A DNA stretch of 62,854 bases, filler included, from Gonapodya sp. JEL0774 (taxonomy: Eukaryota), in the NCBI GenBank assembly GCA_027604505.1. It is 15 parts of 15 records of this genome, joined end to end, with 100 filler letters (N's around TTAATTAATTAA, not from the genome) between each part and the next. Parts side by side here need not be neighbours in the genome. Positions count along the whole stretch, not along the records: positions 33,648 to 37,740 come from JADIIX010001047.1; positions 37,841 to 41,929 come from JADIIX010001048.1; positions 42,030 to 46,117 come from JADIIX010001049.1; positions 46,218 to 50,305 come from JADIIX010001050.1; 11 more parts are not named here. The stretch is one strand, 5' to 3'. The notes below the pieces were generated by a model. It was not told where the DNA came from. It saw nothing but the letters and a program-made list of their open reading frames with translations, and did no database searches. Each line of letters begins with the position of its first letter. Position 1 is the stretch's first letter. A program made the position numbers and the translations under genes. This document shows, one piece after another, positions 34,586 through 48,340 of this stretch.

Positions 34586-35349
34586 AAATAGCGAGGCCCA
34601 CCATCTTGACTAGCTGAAGCTTGACAGTACTTTGAATTGGTGGTGATGGGGCTCCATTTGCTCCTCACGCGGTTCTTGCTAGATGTGGAGATGCCGTGGA
34701 GGTGGATGGGGACATCGGTGCGCCACCCTCTGCATTTGATGATCACTCTCCGTCATATCGTACTGCGAAATGATTACATCGTTGCTCAGCACCTAGTGGC
34801 GTGGAGGCATAAGCTCGGATGGACGATGTCAAATAGTTTGCTCAGTTTTAGTAATCGCAGTTTGTTGTTTGAGTCTTCAATGGAGTTATCTTTCGTAATG
34901 AGCTTTTAATATATGAACTCGATATCAGATTCTTCTTGAATCACCTCACCACCAAGGGGAGCGACCATGACCTGACCGGCTGATTGCATATGTGCTTCAT
35001 ATCTGTCATCACACTATGATCGACTCTCGCCCAACAACGCGCATGAGCTGGGCGAAATTGCTACCGTGGAACCGAAATATTTTTCGGGAAGGCGGTATGA
35101 TACTGTTGATGCACCGGGCGGGCCGAGCAAGCGAGGCGCCACTGCAATCAATATGCGGGTGTGTGAAGTGACAAACGAGCAGGTACAGTCATTTCAAACG
35201 CAAGCGCCAATTTCTGCAGCGCACGTGAGCACTGAAGGAGACTTGTCTGAACAGGACCGTGCGATGCTATGAGGAAGGTTTATTCAAATTTACCGGCGCG
35301 AAGAGACTCAATGAGAAGTTCGACAGCTTTGCAAGCGGCATGCGCGCTA

Positions 35350-36700
35350 AATGACCAGTTCAAGCTAGAAGTACCCACCTTCGTAAATGGAGCGACCTTG
35401 TGATATCGTTGTATTGCAATAACCTGTGGCAGTAGGGTATATGCTCGCCACTGCGGGGCTGGGAGCGCGCTTCACTGAGACTTTCCTTCGAGAGGTGGCG
35501 ACGAGCAAGTACTGGAATAGAGTTGCTCCATACAGGACACGCTTGCTTCGTTGACAATACATAATGCAGAAACCCGTTTAATCGGCTCCAGCGTCATCAC
35601 TGATACTCCCAATTTTGCGAAGGTGCACTGATTGGAATCGCCAGTATCAAAGATAGTCCTTATCCGTAATCGCTTGGCTGCCTTCAAAAGCGCGCAGACC
35701 GTTCGCAGGGTTGAGCCTCCCCAATATTTGATCGAGAGCCTCCACCAACTCCACTCTTCAAGCTGTCAAACGATTCCAACAGAGTCCGGTCGAAAAGCCA
35801 GAGGCCTGCCTTGCCGTCAACGTCAAGCTGGACACATCTGAGTATCTGTCAATGCATGGCTCCTTCCCCGAGTGTGGTTATCGGTTCGCAACCCCCATGT
35901 TCGGGCAGATTACCCCGAGAACGCAACACTACTATCCGCGAATCTCAGCAGAATCGTGCTTTGGAGAGATGGAGGATCATGGCTGGCATTTGGGAAGCGC
36001 AAATTGTTCCCTTCTGCGGGACAACCTTTTTGCGCGGCCCCGACATGCTCTCCTGCTTACACAGTACACGATGAAGTCAGCGAACCTTCCACGACAAATC
36101 ACGATAGACACAAGATGTCTTCTCGAGCTGTTGTGTTCATCTGAGCGGGTTCATTTCGGCAACGACATTCCGAGTGCCTCCTCCTTTCATTTTTCCCGGT
36201 GACCTTCAAAGCCGCGAATCACAGTCCTGTATCCCTCAAAAGCACGTTCATACAGTTTTTGAAATTCCCTCTCTGCCAAAGAGTCTCTGACAACACTGGG
36301 TTTCGGGATCGTTCAACCCGACCGGCACCAAATCCTGGTATGATGCTCTCGCATCCGCTTTATGATGTTGGCACTCCTCTGTCACCACTTTTGGCTATGA
36401 TTCGTCAGCGAACTATGGCCTTTGAGAGTCTTCGATGCCTGTCCGCAGCAATTTTCCAACAGATGACGTCTGCAAGCAGATGACGCGCGATGCCAAAACA
36501 TGCGGAAAGACCTCGACCCGCCGCCCAATTCCTGAAAATCTGCCATGAGATCCAGTGCGAGTGGCGTCCCCGGCGATAGAACCGGTTCTGACACGATTGT
36601 GAGGACGGTGACTCGGTTGGCGACCCAAGGGATTGCTGCGACATGGACCAGCTGGAATCCACAGAATGGCCTTTGTGCATCTGAAATAGTTCTGAGACTT
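35350..36700 (-). mobile_element. Possible highly degenerate LTR-retrotransposon gag/protease remnant
   Basis: RIRTIFDTGDSNQC resembles a retropepsin DTG active-site motif, with a CxxC knuckle-like trace upstream. Many stops and no intact ORF or exon structure. Confidence 0.3.
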
Positions 36701-37840
36701 TGTCGGAGTATGAATGCGTCTCGGACGACAGAATTCCAGTGATCTATAGTCCATACGCAACTGCCTTGATAGTGGCTCAGGCATGCGGGACTCTCCAGGG
36801 AGCGAACAGTCCGCGCTCTGGTTTGTGGAAAGGCGGTTCATTGACTTCGTGGACCGGGACATGGAGTGGCACTTTGTAGGGGATGTTTCATTCACAGACA
36901 TTGTGGTGATGCCGTGGGACCACGATAACAAGAGGCAAAGTCTATTTTAAGTAATGTAGAAGCATTGAGAAATCTTATTACACTTTTGATCTAATCATAT
37001 TGTCGTTTACTACCCTGCGGTTTTGTGGATATTGCTGGGATGACGTAACAATGTGACGGACGACGCGCTACTCATAGGGCAACTTCATTCACACTTTCTT
37101 CGCCGACTGCCCAGGATTACACTCAAAATTCCGCAGCTCCTAACCTCTCCAAGCATGGGTATAATCCCCACGAAACTTAGACCTTCAATGGAAAAGCATG
37201 GGTGGACGCTTCTCTCTTTCTCTCCCTTGAGGACGGCATCAGCTTCCCGTGAGTCCAATACCACGCTGCCACCGCCCATGTTGATGAGCATCAGGACGTG
37301 TGTGAGCCAGGAAGACCGTGACTCCCCTCGAAGTTGAGAGGTGAAAATGAATCGCCGGCAGGCCAAGGGACTCAAAGAATTGACCATAGTCAGTCGCAAA
37401 AATTATGCACATTGCTGACGGGACGGGGAAACAACTAGGAGCATACTTAGTTTTAGAACAATAGCCGCCATGGGTATGTTCCTCAAGGCACTTGTTTCTG
37501 GGATATGGGTGGTTGCATGTACACTAAACTCACGTTTGGCATGCTGGGATCTAAGTGTGAGACTCACTTTTCACAGGACTCAAGTATCCAGCTGAGAGAG
37601 TTGATGATCCATTTCCCCAAAACAAGAGCAACAAAGTAACGTAGCGTTTGGCAGCTTGGAGGAGCAACGACGTGTGTCACGGGAGTGGCGATGTCCACCT
37701 CATCGACTACGAGGCCTCCAAGAGCACGGACTGCCTTACGNNNNNNNNNNNNNNNNNNNNNNNNNNNNNNNNNNNNNNNNNNNNTTAATTAATTAANNNN
37801 NNNNNNNNNNNNNNNNNNNNNNNNNNNNNNNNNNNNNNNN

Positions 37841-39954
37841 AAAGGATGGGGGAGGTATGTTGGTGAAGGTGAAAAATTGCGGGAGAGGGCGAAGGGGAAC
37901 TAAGAGAGGAGGGTGAAATTGGTGGTGGTATGGGAGCGGTATTGGAGAAAACCAACGACAAAGGTCCGAGTGTGATGGAACCATCCTCTATGATGGAAGC
38001 AAGAAACAACAATTAAAAATCAGCAAACAGGTGAAAAATTTTAGGACGGCTACTTATCCACACATAAGAGAAACGTTCGACTTACCGTACCCCACGGCGA
38101 CCTTCTCCCCCACTGCAGCCACGACGGTCCCCTTCATGTCCTTACTCTGCCCACCCTGCCCACCAGCATGTGGAACCTCCCACGTTTCCTGCCACAATTC
38201 TTGAGTATCATTTGGACCAGTAACCCCAGAACCTTTACTGGAAGCGTTCGCAGAACCTACACTCCCTTCACCAATCCATGCACCGGATCCACATGACCAT
38301 ACCGTCACCGCTGTCCACGTGCGCTCATTGATTTGCGCTGGGAGAATGCACGTTACTGGGTCTGGTAGGCGATGAGGTGTGGGAGACGAAGAAGGCGATG
38401 CGGGTGGCGTGACGAGGTGTGAGGAAGTAAGGGAAGGAGGGATAGGACGGAGAGTGGCAGAGTGGGTGAGAGGGCGGGTTGAAGAGGTCGGCGGTGCAGG
38501 AAGGAGGCGGTACGTGCGGATTTGACCGGTCTGTTTGTGGAAATGAGGGTTGTATGACGGGTGACGTGCTTGAAGATGTAATTCGAAGAGGATCGCCCGC
38601 TCACATTCGTCCATCCACTCATCAAACCATCACCAGTCCACGAGCAACCTTGCCACCATTCTCGTTTCTCGTGTTTTAACTCGTCCGTTTCGGCTCTGGC
38701 TACTTCGGTCACAGTGGTGGTGGAAACTTCAAAAACCGCGAGCCCACCTTTCCCTGCGACAGCCGCGAGGGTCCCAGAAGGGTCGATGGATATAGATGAA
38801 GGTGGAGGATGGCGTGAGCTATGATGGTGAAAGAGGGCGACGGGTGGCGCGTGGGGTGAGGCTGTGGAGGTGGGAGAATGTGTGCTTGGCAAGGAGAGTT
38901 GCGCGGGAGAAGGAGTTCGAGGATTTGCTGGAAGAGTTACGGTGAGCGTGGCGGGATGAAATATGTGCGAGCGTATGGAGCCATCGTAGTGCGCGGCAAT
39001 GAACATCGCGGGTGGTGATGGTGGACGCGAGAGAGTGGTGGGTGGAGGGGTGGGCTTCCGCCCATCCAGTGACGCCGTTGTGGCAGCCATGTCAGCGATA
39101 CGAACACCAGTAACAAATTCAAAGGAGCTGGTCCAGTGTTGTCCGATCGACACGAGTGCGGCCACTTCGAGAGACCATGAATCAAGCACCGCGATGTGTG
39201 AAGTTCGACCCGCGAGGAGGATGTGTGGGGACGTGGGCGATGTGCGAGCGCATGTGATGGCGGCGGGGAATGCAAATTGGTTTAGGGAGAGGCACGAGGG
39301 GGAGGGAAAAGAGTGGATGGAGAGGGACCTGTGGTGTGTTCACTCCCACTCAGCGGGCGGAACTTGCAAGTGACCGCGTTTTCATAACACACCCGTTCTC
39401 CGTCCCCGCGATGATAACGTGGTCAGGTCCAGTTTTCCCTACTGAGTGTTCTTCCACGTCGGCGGGAACAATCGTTAGTGCTGTTATTCGAGAGGTGTGA
39501 CCCAGCAAGAGGTGACGGGGCTTAAACTAAAAATGGACACGTTTGCAAAGTGACGAGAGACATGCATACATTCGAGACAAAACACGGATACAGACATCAT
39601 TATGAGCCCAGGCTCAGAGCGCTGAGTGAACATAGCAGCATTACTCACACGAGAATCGCGGACGTGACGGGACAAACGCCTTCCCACTTCCAGAACACCA
39701 TCAACGTACTTCCCACTATCTCTTCCTGAAACTGAGACCGGGGCCGTTACCGTTTCTGAAATCGGAGCGGGCTGGCCGGTGCCGTCGTCCGTCTCATCCC
39801 TCGTGAGCAGCCATATTTTGCCGTCCGCAAACCCGACCGCGACCAGGGTGCCATCAGCAGATGCAGCTGAGCACACGGGCGGACATGAAGGCAGGGAGCT
39901 CTGCCACCGGGCGATGGGAACGATGAGCGGAGTTGAAATGGGTCCAGATGCCAT
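37841..39954 (-). CDS. WDR7/rabconnectin-3 beta-like WD40 protein, N-terminal part
   Basis: MASGPISTPLIVPIARWQSSLPSCPPVCSAASADGTLVAVGFADGKIWLL and LLGHTSRITALT..IIAGTENG parallel the WDR7/WDR72 N-terminus. Runs off the contig. Confidence 0.7.
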
Positions 39955-40499
39955 GGGGATGGGTTTTCGATGGGTCACCGTTCCAAAGCGATGAAGTGGC
40001 GAAATATAAACAAACGAGTCCAAATATATCCAGTTGAATCCAAATATGGAGAGTCGAATGCTCTATGCCGGCTCTGATTTTCTCTCCTTGTCTCTTGCTG
40101 CGAAGTATGGACGTCCTACGCCAAGGATCGTGCGGGCCCTTCGCAGTTCCCATCGGCGAAATTTGCCCCCCACCATTGCCTGAGAATTTCGCGTGAAAGT
40201 CTTTTCGATATGAAGCAAAGCTTCAATCATTCTATTTAACATACGTGGAGGTTTTGCGATAGTCCGATCGACGAGCATCAGTACGGACTTAGGCATGTCA
40301 CGTATAGTGAACGGAGCTCACGTTCATGGATCAAGGAAGATCAAACTATGGCTGATGTCAACGAGGGAGTGGAGTGAGTCAGATGATCAGTCTGCCCGCA
40401 TCCCGGATCGAAGTGTATGCGTCGACAAGTGCATCGAGCATGAAGTTATGCAATGTGTCATCATGATTTCAACCAATCCGAAGAAGAGTATCAAACTAT

Positions 40500-41600
40500 G
40501 ACTGTTGGTGCATGATAATACCGTGGTATTATTCTCAGCCGTGTTCCGCGGCAAGAGAACTGACCTCTTGTCATATAAATATAGACGGTACGGTGCAATT
40601 CATCCAAGTTCCGGTAAATGATCGAGCGAGTTATCCCTCCTGTGCACAAATCTGTTGTCCTCTTCCCCGTCTGTTATTGTCCGTTCTTCGAGCTCACGAG
40701 CTTTTCTGAGCAACATGCACTGCATCTTATGCTCCGCCCAATCCGCCCGCTGAATTCGGTCCCACAATAACTGTCGTGCGACACCTCGCACATTTCTTGA
40801 GGTTCTTGAACTTCTTTAGTCAGTGATTGCAACGATGCCTGTTCGTGGCATCCACGGTCCATTTCGTTCGTAGTTCCGAGTTTCTTTGGCGGTGGCCTTC
40901 ACACAGCATGCAGTGCTCTTATCGCAAAAGCAGTGGGTTTGGCCGCAGAGCATAAGATAAGTGTAGTTATCTCCATTGCTGGGTGGGGGCAGGCCACTCT
41001 TGGAAGCTGTTGGCAAGCGTGACACGGGCGAGCGCGCAGGGAGATTGTCGTACATGGTGTTACATCTTGCACAACCGAAGCGTCTTATCGAAGCAAGAAG
41101 GTTGAGCCCTTTGTTGATGGGTTCTTTGATGTATTTTACGAGCTGGTGTTGGCGGCCGCTGGCACGGCAAGAAGCACCTAGGAGACTCACCTATGGTGAA
41201 GAAGCTCCAGTGGGAACTCCTTCCTCAACACTATCGTGGTGTCGGGCCAATCTTCCCTGTCCGTCGCCCATAACTTCGCAATGCTGGTTGACAAGAAAAG
41301 GGCAACAACATTTCGATATCCCGTCCAGATACGAAAGGAGGGTATTCTAAGTGACAGAAGTCGTGAAACAAGGCACCAGTGAGGGTGCGAAGCCGAGAGC
41401 GAATGAAGGCGCATTGTCAAGGGTGCAGAGGCCCCGGATCATTAGCTTTAGCCGTACTGACTGCAGTGGTTTCCATTCACTAGCGAATGAATCAATTCTT
41501 TCCAGTCCATAGGGTTGACGACCGGAGCTTGATGACCAGCATGGCCATGAGTGCAAACTCAGACCCGTCAGCTTGAACTGCAGCTGGTCACATAAGGTGT
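40500..41600 (-). mobile_element. Possible degenerate Ty3/gypsy pol (RNase H-integrase) remnant
   Basis: GCARCN followed by GLPPPSNGDNYTYLML resembles the integrase CxxC plus LPxSxGxxYxL segment. The region is full of stops and frame changes. Confidence 0.35.
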
Positions 41601-42029
41601 TCCCTTTGAGTTCGGAAATCTGACTTCAGGAGGACGGAGCTGATATGAACAAAGTTCAGCCTGTCGGCACCCTGCGTGATCTCTAAGATGTACCGACATG
41701 GTTATATGTATCTTTGCTGAAAAATAAGAGCTTTCAGTGTGTATCCAATTTTGTTTTCAGAAAGTTGTGCCGGTTGTGGTCTAAAAGCACTACTTCATCA
41801 CCCGGGGAACAGAACACACCACATGCTCGATTCTACCATCCTATCGGCATTCCATCTAGCGGCAGCTGTTACAGTGGAGAAATATGCGTTACGTCGTTCG
41901 ATTATCAAGGCTGGTACGACGGGCGGCAGNNNNNNNNNNNNNNNNNNNNNNNNNNNNNNNNNNNNNNNNNNNNTTAATTAATTAANNNNNNNNNNNNNNN
42001 NNNNNNNNNNNNNNNNNNNNNNNNNNNNN

Positions 42030-45000
42030 TGCTCTTTGCGTTGGAGCTCCGTGTGGAGGACCGCAACATGCTCAGTTAACTCCTCGTATGCTCGTTGTGT
42101 TTCGACATTGACGAGAAAGCCCTCTTTGACCATCTCACCTCGAGTGACCCAGGGAGGAGTGACGCTCTCAACTACAGGCGAAATGCGTCGCAAATCATCG
42201 ATCTCCCAAACTATTACTTGCCATGTAACTCACTCAACTCCCAGCTTTCTTCCGCAGAGACTGCCTGTATCACTGCATTCAGATTCTCTACTAGCAAGCG
42301 AGCTGATCGCACCGTTGACTGCCAGCTGTCTTCGCCGAGATGCTCGCTGGCGATTTGTGTGAGCACGGGCAACTCAACGATATCCGCCATCTGAAACGCT
42401 TCCATAAGATCCTCGGAGATTGCTCGGGAAACCTGTGAACCAAGAGGCAAGTAAGAAGATATGAAACTTAGCGACAATCAACGAATATTGGACGAACATA
42501 CTTTTATAGCCGCCTCGAAGGTGGGAATACAAGCATCATGAGCCTCAGTAATTTGCTTGACGACAGTTAGAGGCCACGTCTTGTGTTCGTTCTCTCTAAG
42601 AGTTCGCTGTAACTTCCTGTCACGGGAAATCGGGCGTCATCACGCATAAGCATTAATGTGGAAGCCTTCTCCCACCTTGCCAGAACCCTCAACGTGCCAA
42701 TATCTTTCTCGTATTGAGCGTCTAAGGGCTCTAGGAAGGCGACTTCAAGTTTGTGGTACACAGCCGCGACATCTGGCCCAACATTGTCAGCCGTTTTAAA
42801 GGTGGCCCGTAGTTTTCTGATCTCAGAATCGAGTCGATCGGCAGCAAGTTCAACGCTGATAGTATCAGACAGCAGCTTCCACTTTCGGCATACTGGCCAC
42901 TCTGAAGTTTTCGTTGTGAGATGCACCTCTGCCAGCCGCTGTATGTGCATCGCTGTCCGACCGGCATCTCCCAGACTCTGATCGCCCTTCAAAACGTTGC
43001 TCTTGAGAAGACTAACAAGTCCATCGATTCGACGTTCTGATCCGATGAGCTCAGAATGGACCGCTCCTACAGCAATAAACTCATCCACGGAGCAATTTTC
43101 GATGAAAGCCGCGAACATCATCGAACCGTTGTGAACGATGGCGAGTTTATGACGCATCTTGCAGCCAAGATTAAATGATCATGTGACGAGACTCTCATTT
43201 TCCAATGAATTGCAACATACCTCCCCAAGGTAGACAGCTCGGGCGCACGACTCCAGATCCGCAAAACCTTGCGCGCGCTGTTTCGTACTTTCATCCTCTA
43301 GATATTGGCCGAGAAGGTCAGCCTTGAACGCAAGCCTTCTGAACAAGAGGAGGCATTGAATCGATTCGTTCTCGTCTTTGAAAAACACGGTTGGAAGGTA
43401 GGGCTGTGAAAACGATGAATTGCGTTTGATGTGAATGCTTGATTTACATAATGGGACCAGGAAAGTGTACCTCCCCACCTTCATCAATTCAACTTGCTCC
43501 ATCGCCTGATTTGCTTCAAGCTTCCTCAGATCTAGTTCAACTTGCTTTGTTCTTACGTCCGTTGCTGTGTTTTGCAGTTGGATGTTGAGCCGCAGCATCT
43601 CGTGAGACTGTGAAGCGAGCTGGCCCAGATCATCGTCGGAAGAGCGGGTTTGGGATTCCCGCAGAGAGTCTATGTCACTGTAAACGATAGCAGAAATCAA
43701 AAGTTCATGTGATGCGACACCCCGGAGTCACAAGTCAAGTCCATGTAGTCACTTACGCTTGCAGGTTTCGAACTAACTCGCGGAACTGCTGTATTGTCCT
43801 CTCATAATCTCCCAGTGTCTCTGAGGCTTTCTCGAGCCTTGAGCTTTGTTCTCGTAATATTGCATCTTTCATGTCTGAAACGTGGTACCCACATACCGGC
43901 AATATTAGTCAAATTGCTCCGAGTGAAATAATTGTGGGACCACTGAACATACCAATCTCTGCCTGAAGCTGTTGTTCCGTCTCCACATGACCCTCTTCGA
44001 GTTCATCATTCAATTCTTTTAGTGCTTCGAGATCTTCAATCGCCATTCGCATTTCGTCTATCTTCTCCCCCATGGTCAAGTTCTTTTCGGTCAAGTGCAT
44101 TACCATTTCCTCCGCCGACAAAGCCTCGTCCAGGCGTAATTTGAGCTCTTCAACTGCACGTTGCGCTCCATCATATTGAGGTTTCAGAGCTTCATATTTC
44201 TCTGGAGATTCATCCCGAAATAGGATTAACATGGTTTATCAAAGTGCTCCAGCGACTTCAAAAACGCACCTTTGTAGTCTTTGAGTACACTCATTTCTTT
44301 CTCCTTGTTTAAAACCTTGACTTTGTGCTCTGCCTCTTGCTCGGCTGTAACATCGCGCAGTCTGTTGGTGTAATGATAGCCGGGACGTTTCAACAGAAGT
44401 CGATAACAGAATCGATATCAAGACGCTTACTTCACGAGTGCTTCCTTGAGTCGCTCATTTTGCTTCTGAAGTTGAACCATCTGTACAGCGCGCTGCTCCG
44501 ACTCGCCAGTCGGGTCTCAAGGAGCGAATGAAAAGTTGGAACGGAAAGTAGAAGGAAGAGGGAGCAACGTTATATATCTCTTGCGCGAGTGTAAAGCTTT
44601 GGGGCTTGTTCTACCAACATACCGGCGTTTTGCCGCAAAACTTCAACTTCAACTTTAAGCTCTTGTACTGCTTCCTGCAACTCCTCGACCTCAACTTCCA
44701 GAGTGGCGGCTTTCTCCTCAGCCATTTCTGGGAACGAGAGAATACTATGAGAGCTACATTCGAGTTTGTGCGAACTCGTTCTCTGTGACCTACCTTTGTC
44801 TACCCCTGCGATTTCGGCAGATTCAACAGCTTCCAACAACCTCCTCTCAAATGCGTCACGCTCTGCTCGAGTCTCGTCCAGTTGAGACCTTAGGGACGAC
44901 GCGAGAGAGTGCAAGTCGGCGAGCTTGGCTGTGTTCATTGATGGTCACAAATAGGTTCCGCTGCGACATTGCGTAAAGTGAAATGTTGCTGAACTAGCAC

Positions 45001-46117
45001 AACTTACTTCCCATCCTCTCTCTCTCTACGACTCCAGCTTCCGCTTCACCCCGCACCCTCTCTAGCTCTCTCAACCGCTCTCGGTCCTCCTGCCTCTGCT
45101 TTTCCATAACCCTCAACCTTGCCCTGTACTCTTCCAACTCCCGCAAGTGAGAAGCAAGAGCAACTTTAAGAAGTGGATTAGAAGGCGATGGTGGGAGAGA
45201 CGGTAGTGGAGCAGGAGTGTCCGGTGCAGGTATTGTTGGGCGGTAATCCGCCTGGGAAAGTGGTTCCGTTGTTGGAGGGGTGGTGCGAGAGGTGGGAACA
45301 ACTTCGGGTCGGGAAGTCTCAGGTGGGGATAGTTCAGAGAACGAAAGGTTCGCTTCTTCATTGTTATCTTCCGGTGTGAATGCAGAGAGGTCGACCATTG
45401 AGGTTTCAGCCTGCAGACCGCTAGATGATAACGTAGTTGCACGCGCAGGCGGCAAATTTCCGGCATAAGTAGCCACACGTACGTCTTCGGCACTTTGACG
45501 TGCGGATGCGAGTCTGGAAGAAGAAGGGGTTGTGTTTCGGGAATCTTTGGGGAGAGAGCGGGAAGAGATTGCAGGGGAGGATGGCTTGGACGTACGCCCG
45601 GCAGCGAGAGATGTTGCAGCCGCAGTTAGAGAAGCAGATGAACCAGATGCCGCGCGGGAAGTGGGCGCAGACGAGGTAGGATTTAGTCGCGTCGAGGATG
45701 TCGGTCGACTGACGCTAGCGGACAACGGGGGTTTAGAAACAGGGGTTGAGATGGAAGCGCTTGAAGGCCGAGATGATCCTGGCCCAATGGACGACGAGAG
45801 CTTGGATGTCGAAGCTGAGGTGGCGGAGAGGCGTGCCGCCGAGGAAGCTCGTGATACAGGAGTGCTCGTTGGTGCGGAGTCTCGTGGCCCGATGGAAGAT
45901 GAAAGAGATCGAGAGACGGACGATGTAGATGCTGTGAGCGGCCGAGAGGTTGACAGAGGAGAGCGGATGGTTGTTGTGGACGAGCGCACAGAAGCAGATG
46001 GGGTCGCAGGTGCAGGTGTGCGAACTGGCTGTTGATGTACAAACACAGTTTAGGCACTAAGAAGGCGTGCCGCAGCCATAACAGGACCATCGCGTCGAAT
46101 CGTTGACCCCCAAATTG
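42030..46117 (-). CDS. DCTN1: Dynactin subunit 1 (p150Glued / Nip100 / Ro-3), internal portion
   Basis: A Ser/Arg-rich basic region is followed by coiled coil: EMAEEKAATLEVEVEELQE, LDEALSAEEMVMHLTEKNLTMGEKIDEMRMAIEDLEALKELNDELEEGHVETE and VELDLRKLEANQA..PYLP. The CAP-Gly domain lies outside the contig. Confidence 0.92.
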
Positions 46118-46217
46118 NNNNNNNNNNNNNNNNNNNNNNNNNNNNNNNNNNNNNNNNNNNNTTAATTAATTAANNNNNNNNNNNNNNNNNNNNNNNNNNN
46201 NNNNNNNNNNNNNNNNN

Positions 46218-47730
46218 GGATCTCCCTACCAGCCCATGCTCGTCATGAACAGCGCGCCCTTGTCCCCCGGTTACCAGATGCCAGCGCCAGTTCTATCGTG
46301 GAGTGCGCAGATGCCGCATAATGGAATGGCATTTGGAAATCCACTGATCAGTACTAATACTCCCCTTCATTCGGTGAGCCCGATTGTATTGGGTCATTTG
46401 ATAGGAACCTACGTGTCTGACTAATTTGCTTCGCAATTTTCGTCAGGGCCAGATTTCACACTCATCGTCCACACCTTCGAATCTAAATGACCTTAGCGAT
46501 TTCCGCCAGAATTCTGCATGCGCTTTCATTCTCTTCTATGGTGAGAGCCGTGCTGGGTTCTCTTCGTCCAACCCCGAGGCATCTGAGGAAGAGGTTAAGC
46601 GCGGAATTCTCGAGAACTGGAAGAGCGCGCCAGAGCATTTGAGAACGGACTACTATAACCGTGCCGTGACTTTGTTGCATGATATTACGCAGTTGCAGGA
46701 TGAGGTTCTGCGTGGTCAGGCGGCTCGTCTCACACCGGCTCCTCATGAAGTCCTGCGACCTCAACCCACCGAATACCCATCATTCCTTCAAACACTGCGG
46801 TCTCCGCAACCTCTTAATGCGCCACTTGCTGTCCAGTCCGACTTTCCGTTTCTTCAGACAATACCCCCTCCTCAATCTTTCAACACATCTCGCTCGTTCG
46901 CCAATCTTATTGAATCTTCGAATCAGCACCAGCAGCTCCGCAGTTACTCTGCTCTTCCCGCGCCACCTGATGGCATGAGGTACCTTCATGATCCACTGCA
47001 GACGAGTCGACCACCCAACTCGTCTTTATCCCAGGTAGAATCGGAGGCGCAACAGCTACAACAAAACTACCATGCATCTACAAGAATTCAACAAGCGTCG
47101 GAGGCCCAGCAGCCTTGGGCCGGATCGTCGACGGGCCTGGACTCTCTCGCGCAAGCGGGCGGTCAAATTTATTCGAACATGCGCAATCGTCAGGATGAGT
47201 ACCACTCTTACAATCCGACTGACAACTCGTTTGTCCCTAACAGTAATGACAACAACCGAGCCGACAATCCCACAGACGATGAAGAGGAAGACTCGTCGAC
47301 ACAAAAGGAAGATCAGGATCCCACCTGGGTGGGCGATGACCGAAAAGCAGGACAATCGACATCTCGCCAGAAATCATCGAAACGTCGGCGGTCACCATCA
47401 TCTAAACGTGGACAGGCAGATAACTCGGGCGACAAAAATGCACCACCAAAGCGAACTCGCATCAAAAAGCGGCTTAAGGATCCGGACGCACCCAAACATC
47501 CCATGTCTGCATTTCTGCACTTCCTCACTACTGTTCGTCCAAAGTACACTGAAATGTACCGGGGCTCGCCAATAGGAGTCATTTCGAAGATGATATCCGA
47601 GGAATGGAAGACTTTGGCACCAGAGAAGAAGGAGGAGTACGTGAGATTGTCAACACAGGAAAAGGAACGGTACAAGGAGCTGATGAGACAGCACGTCAAC
47701 AAAAGTGGAGGTGCGAGCCCTCCTGAATGA
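46218..47730 (+). CDS. HMG-box protein (one canonical C-terminal box, one divergent upstream box)
   Basis: Canonical box: KDPDAPKHPMSAFLHFLTTVRPKY..ISKMISEEWKTLAPEKKEEY..EKERY. Upstream box-like segment: SACAFILFYGESRAGF..ILENWKSAPEHLRTDYYNRA. Confidence 0.85.
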
Positions 47731-48340
47731 AGTGTCCTCTATCAACTGTTGGATTTGGTAGTCGTTACCCTGCAGTGTGACTAAAAGTTGAATTGTTGTC
47801 CCGTATTCTCGAGTAATATTAATTTTTCTTGACTTGATCGACATTTCAATTGCCTTTTTGCGGCGCTACAGCCGGGTTCTGGAAGGCTTCACCAAAACTA
47901 CTGCTGTTGTGACGTCTCGGGTCAACAATTTCGAGACACGAAGGACGATCTTTGGTTTATATACCGGACACCGAATCGGATTATTCACTACTCTCGTGCC
48001 GTTGAATATATATGGGTTTGTATTCACTAAACCTCCGTACTTTATGATGTCGCACCGCTCACCTGTCCGTCTGGACTGCAAAATATTGTGAACCCACCAA
48101 TTAGTGATTACTGATCGATCGACAGCTGGGATGGAGACACAGGCCGGGGAGCGAGCACTACAGCGAACTACTGCATCAAATATATCGTTAACTCTCCACA
48201 GATGGACATGATAATGATGTCGCATGAATGGGCACCGGTATGGGTATACATGTACTGGATTGGTGCTGATCAAGCAACTAATGCTACAAGGGAATACATA
48301 CGAATCCGCAATCAATGCGGCATGTAATAAACAAAAGCAG

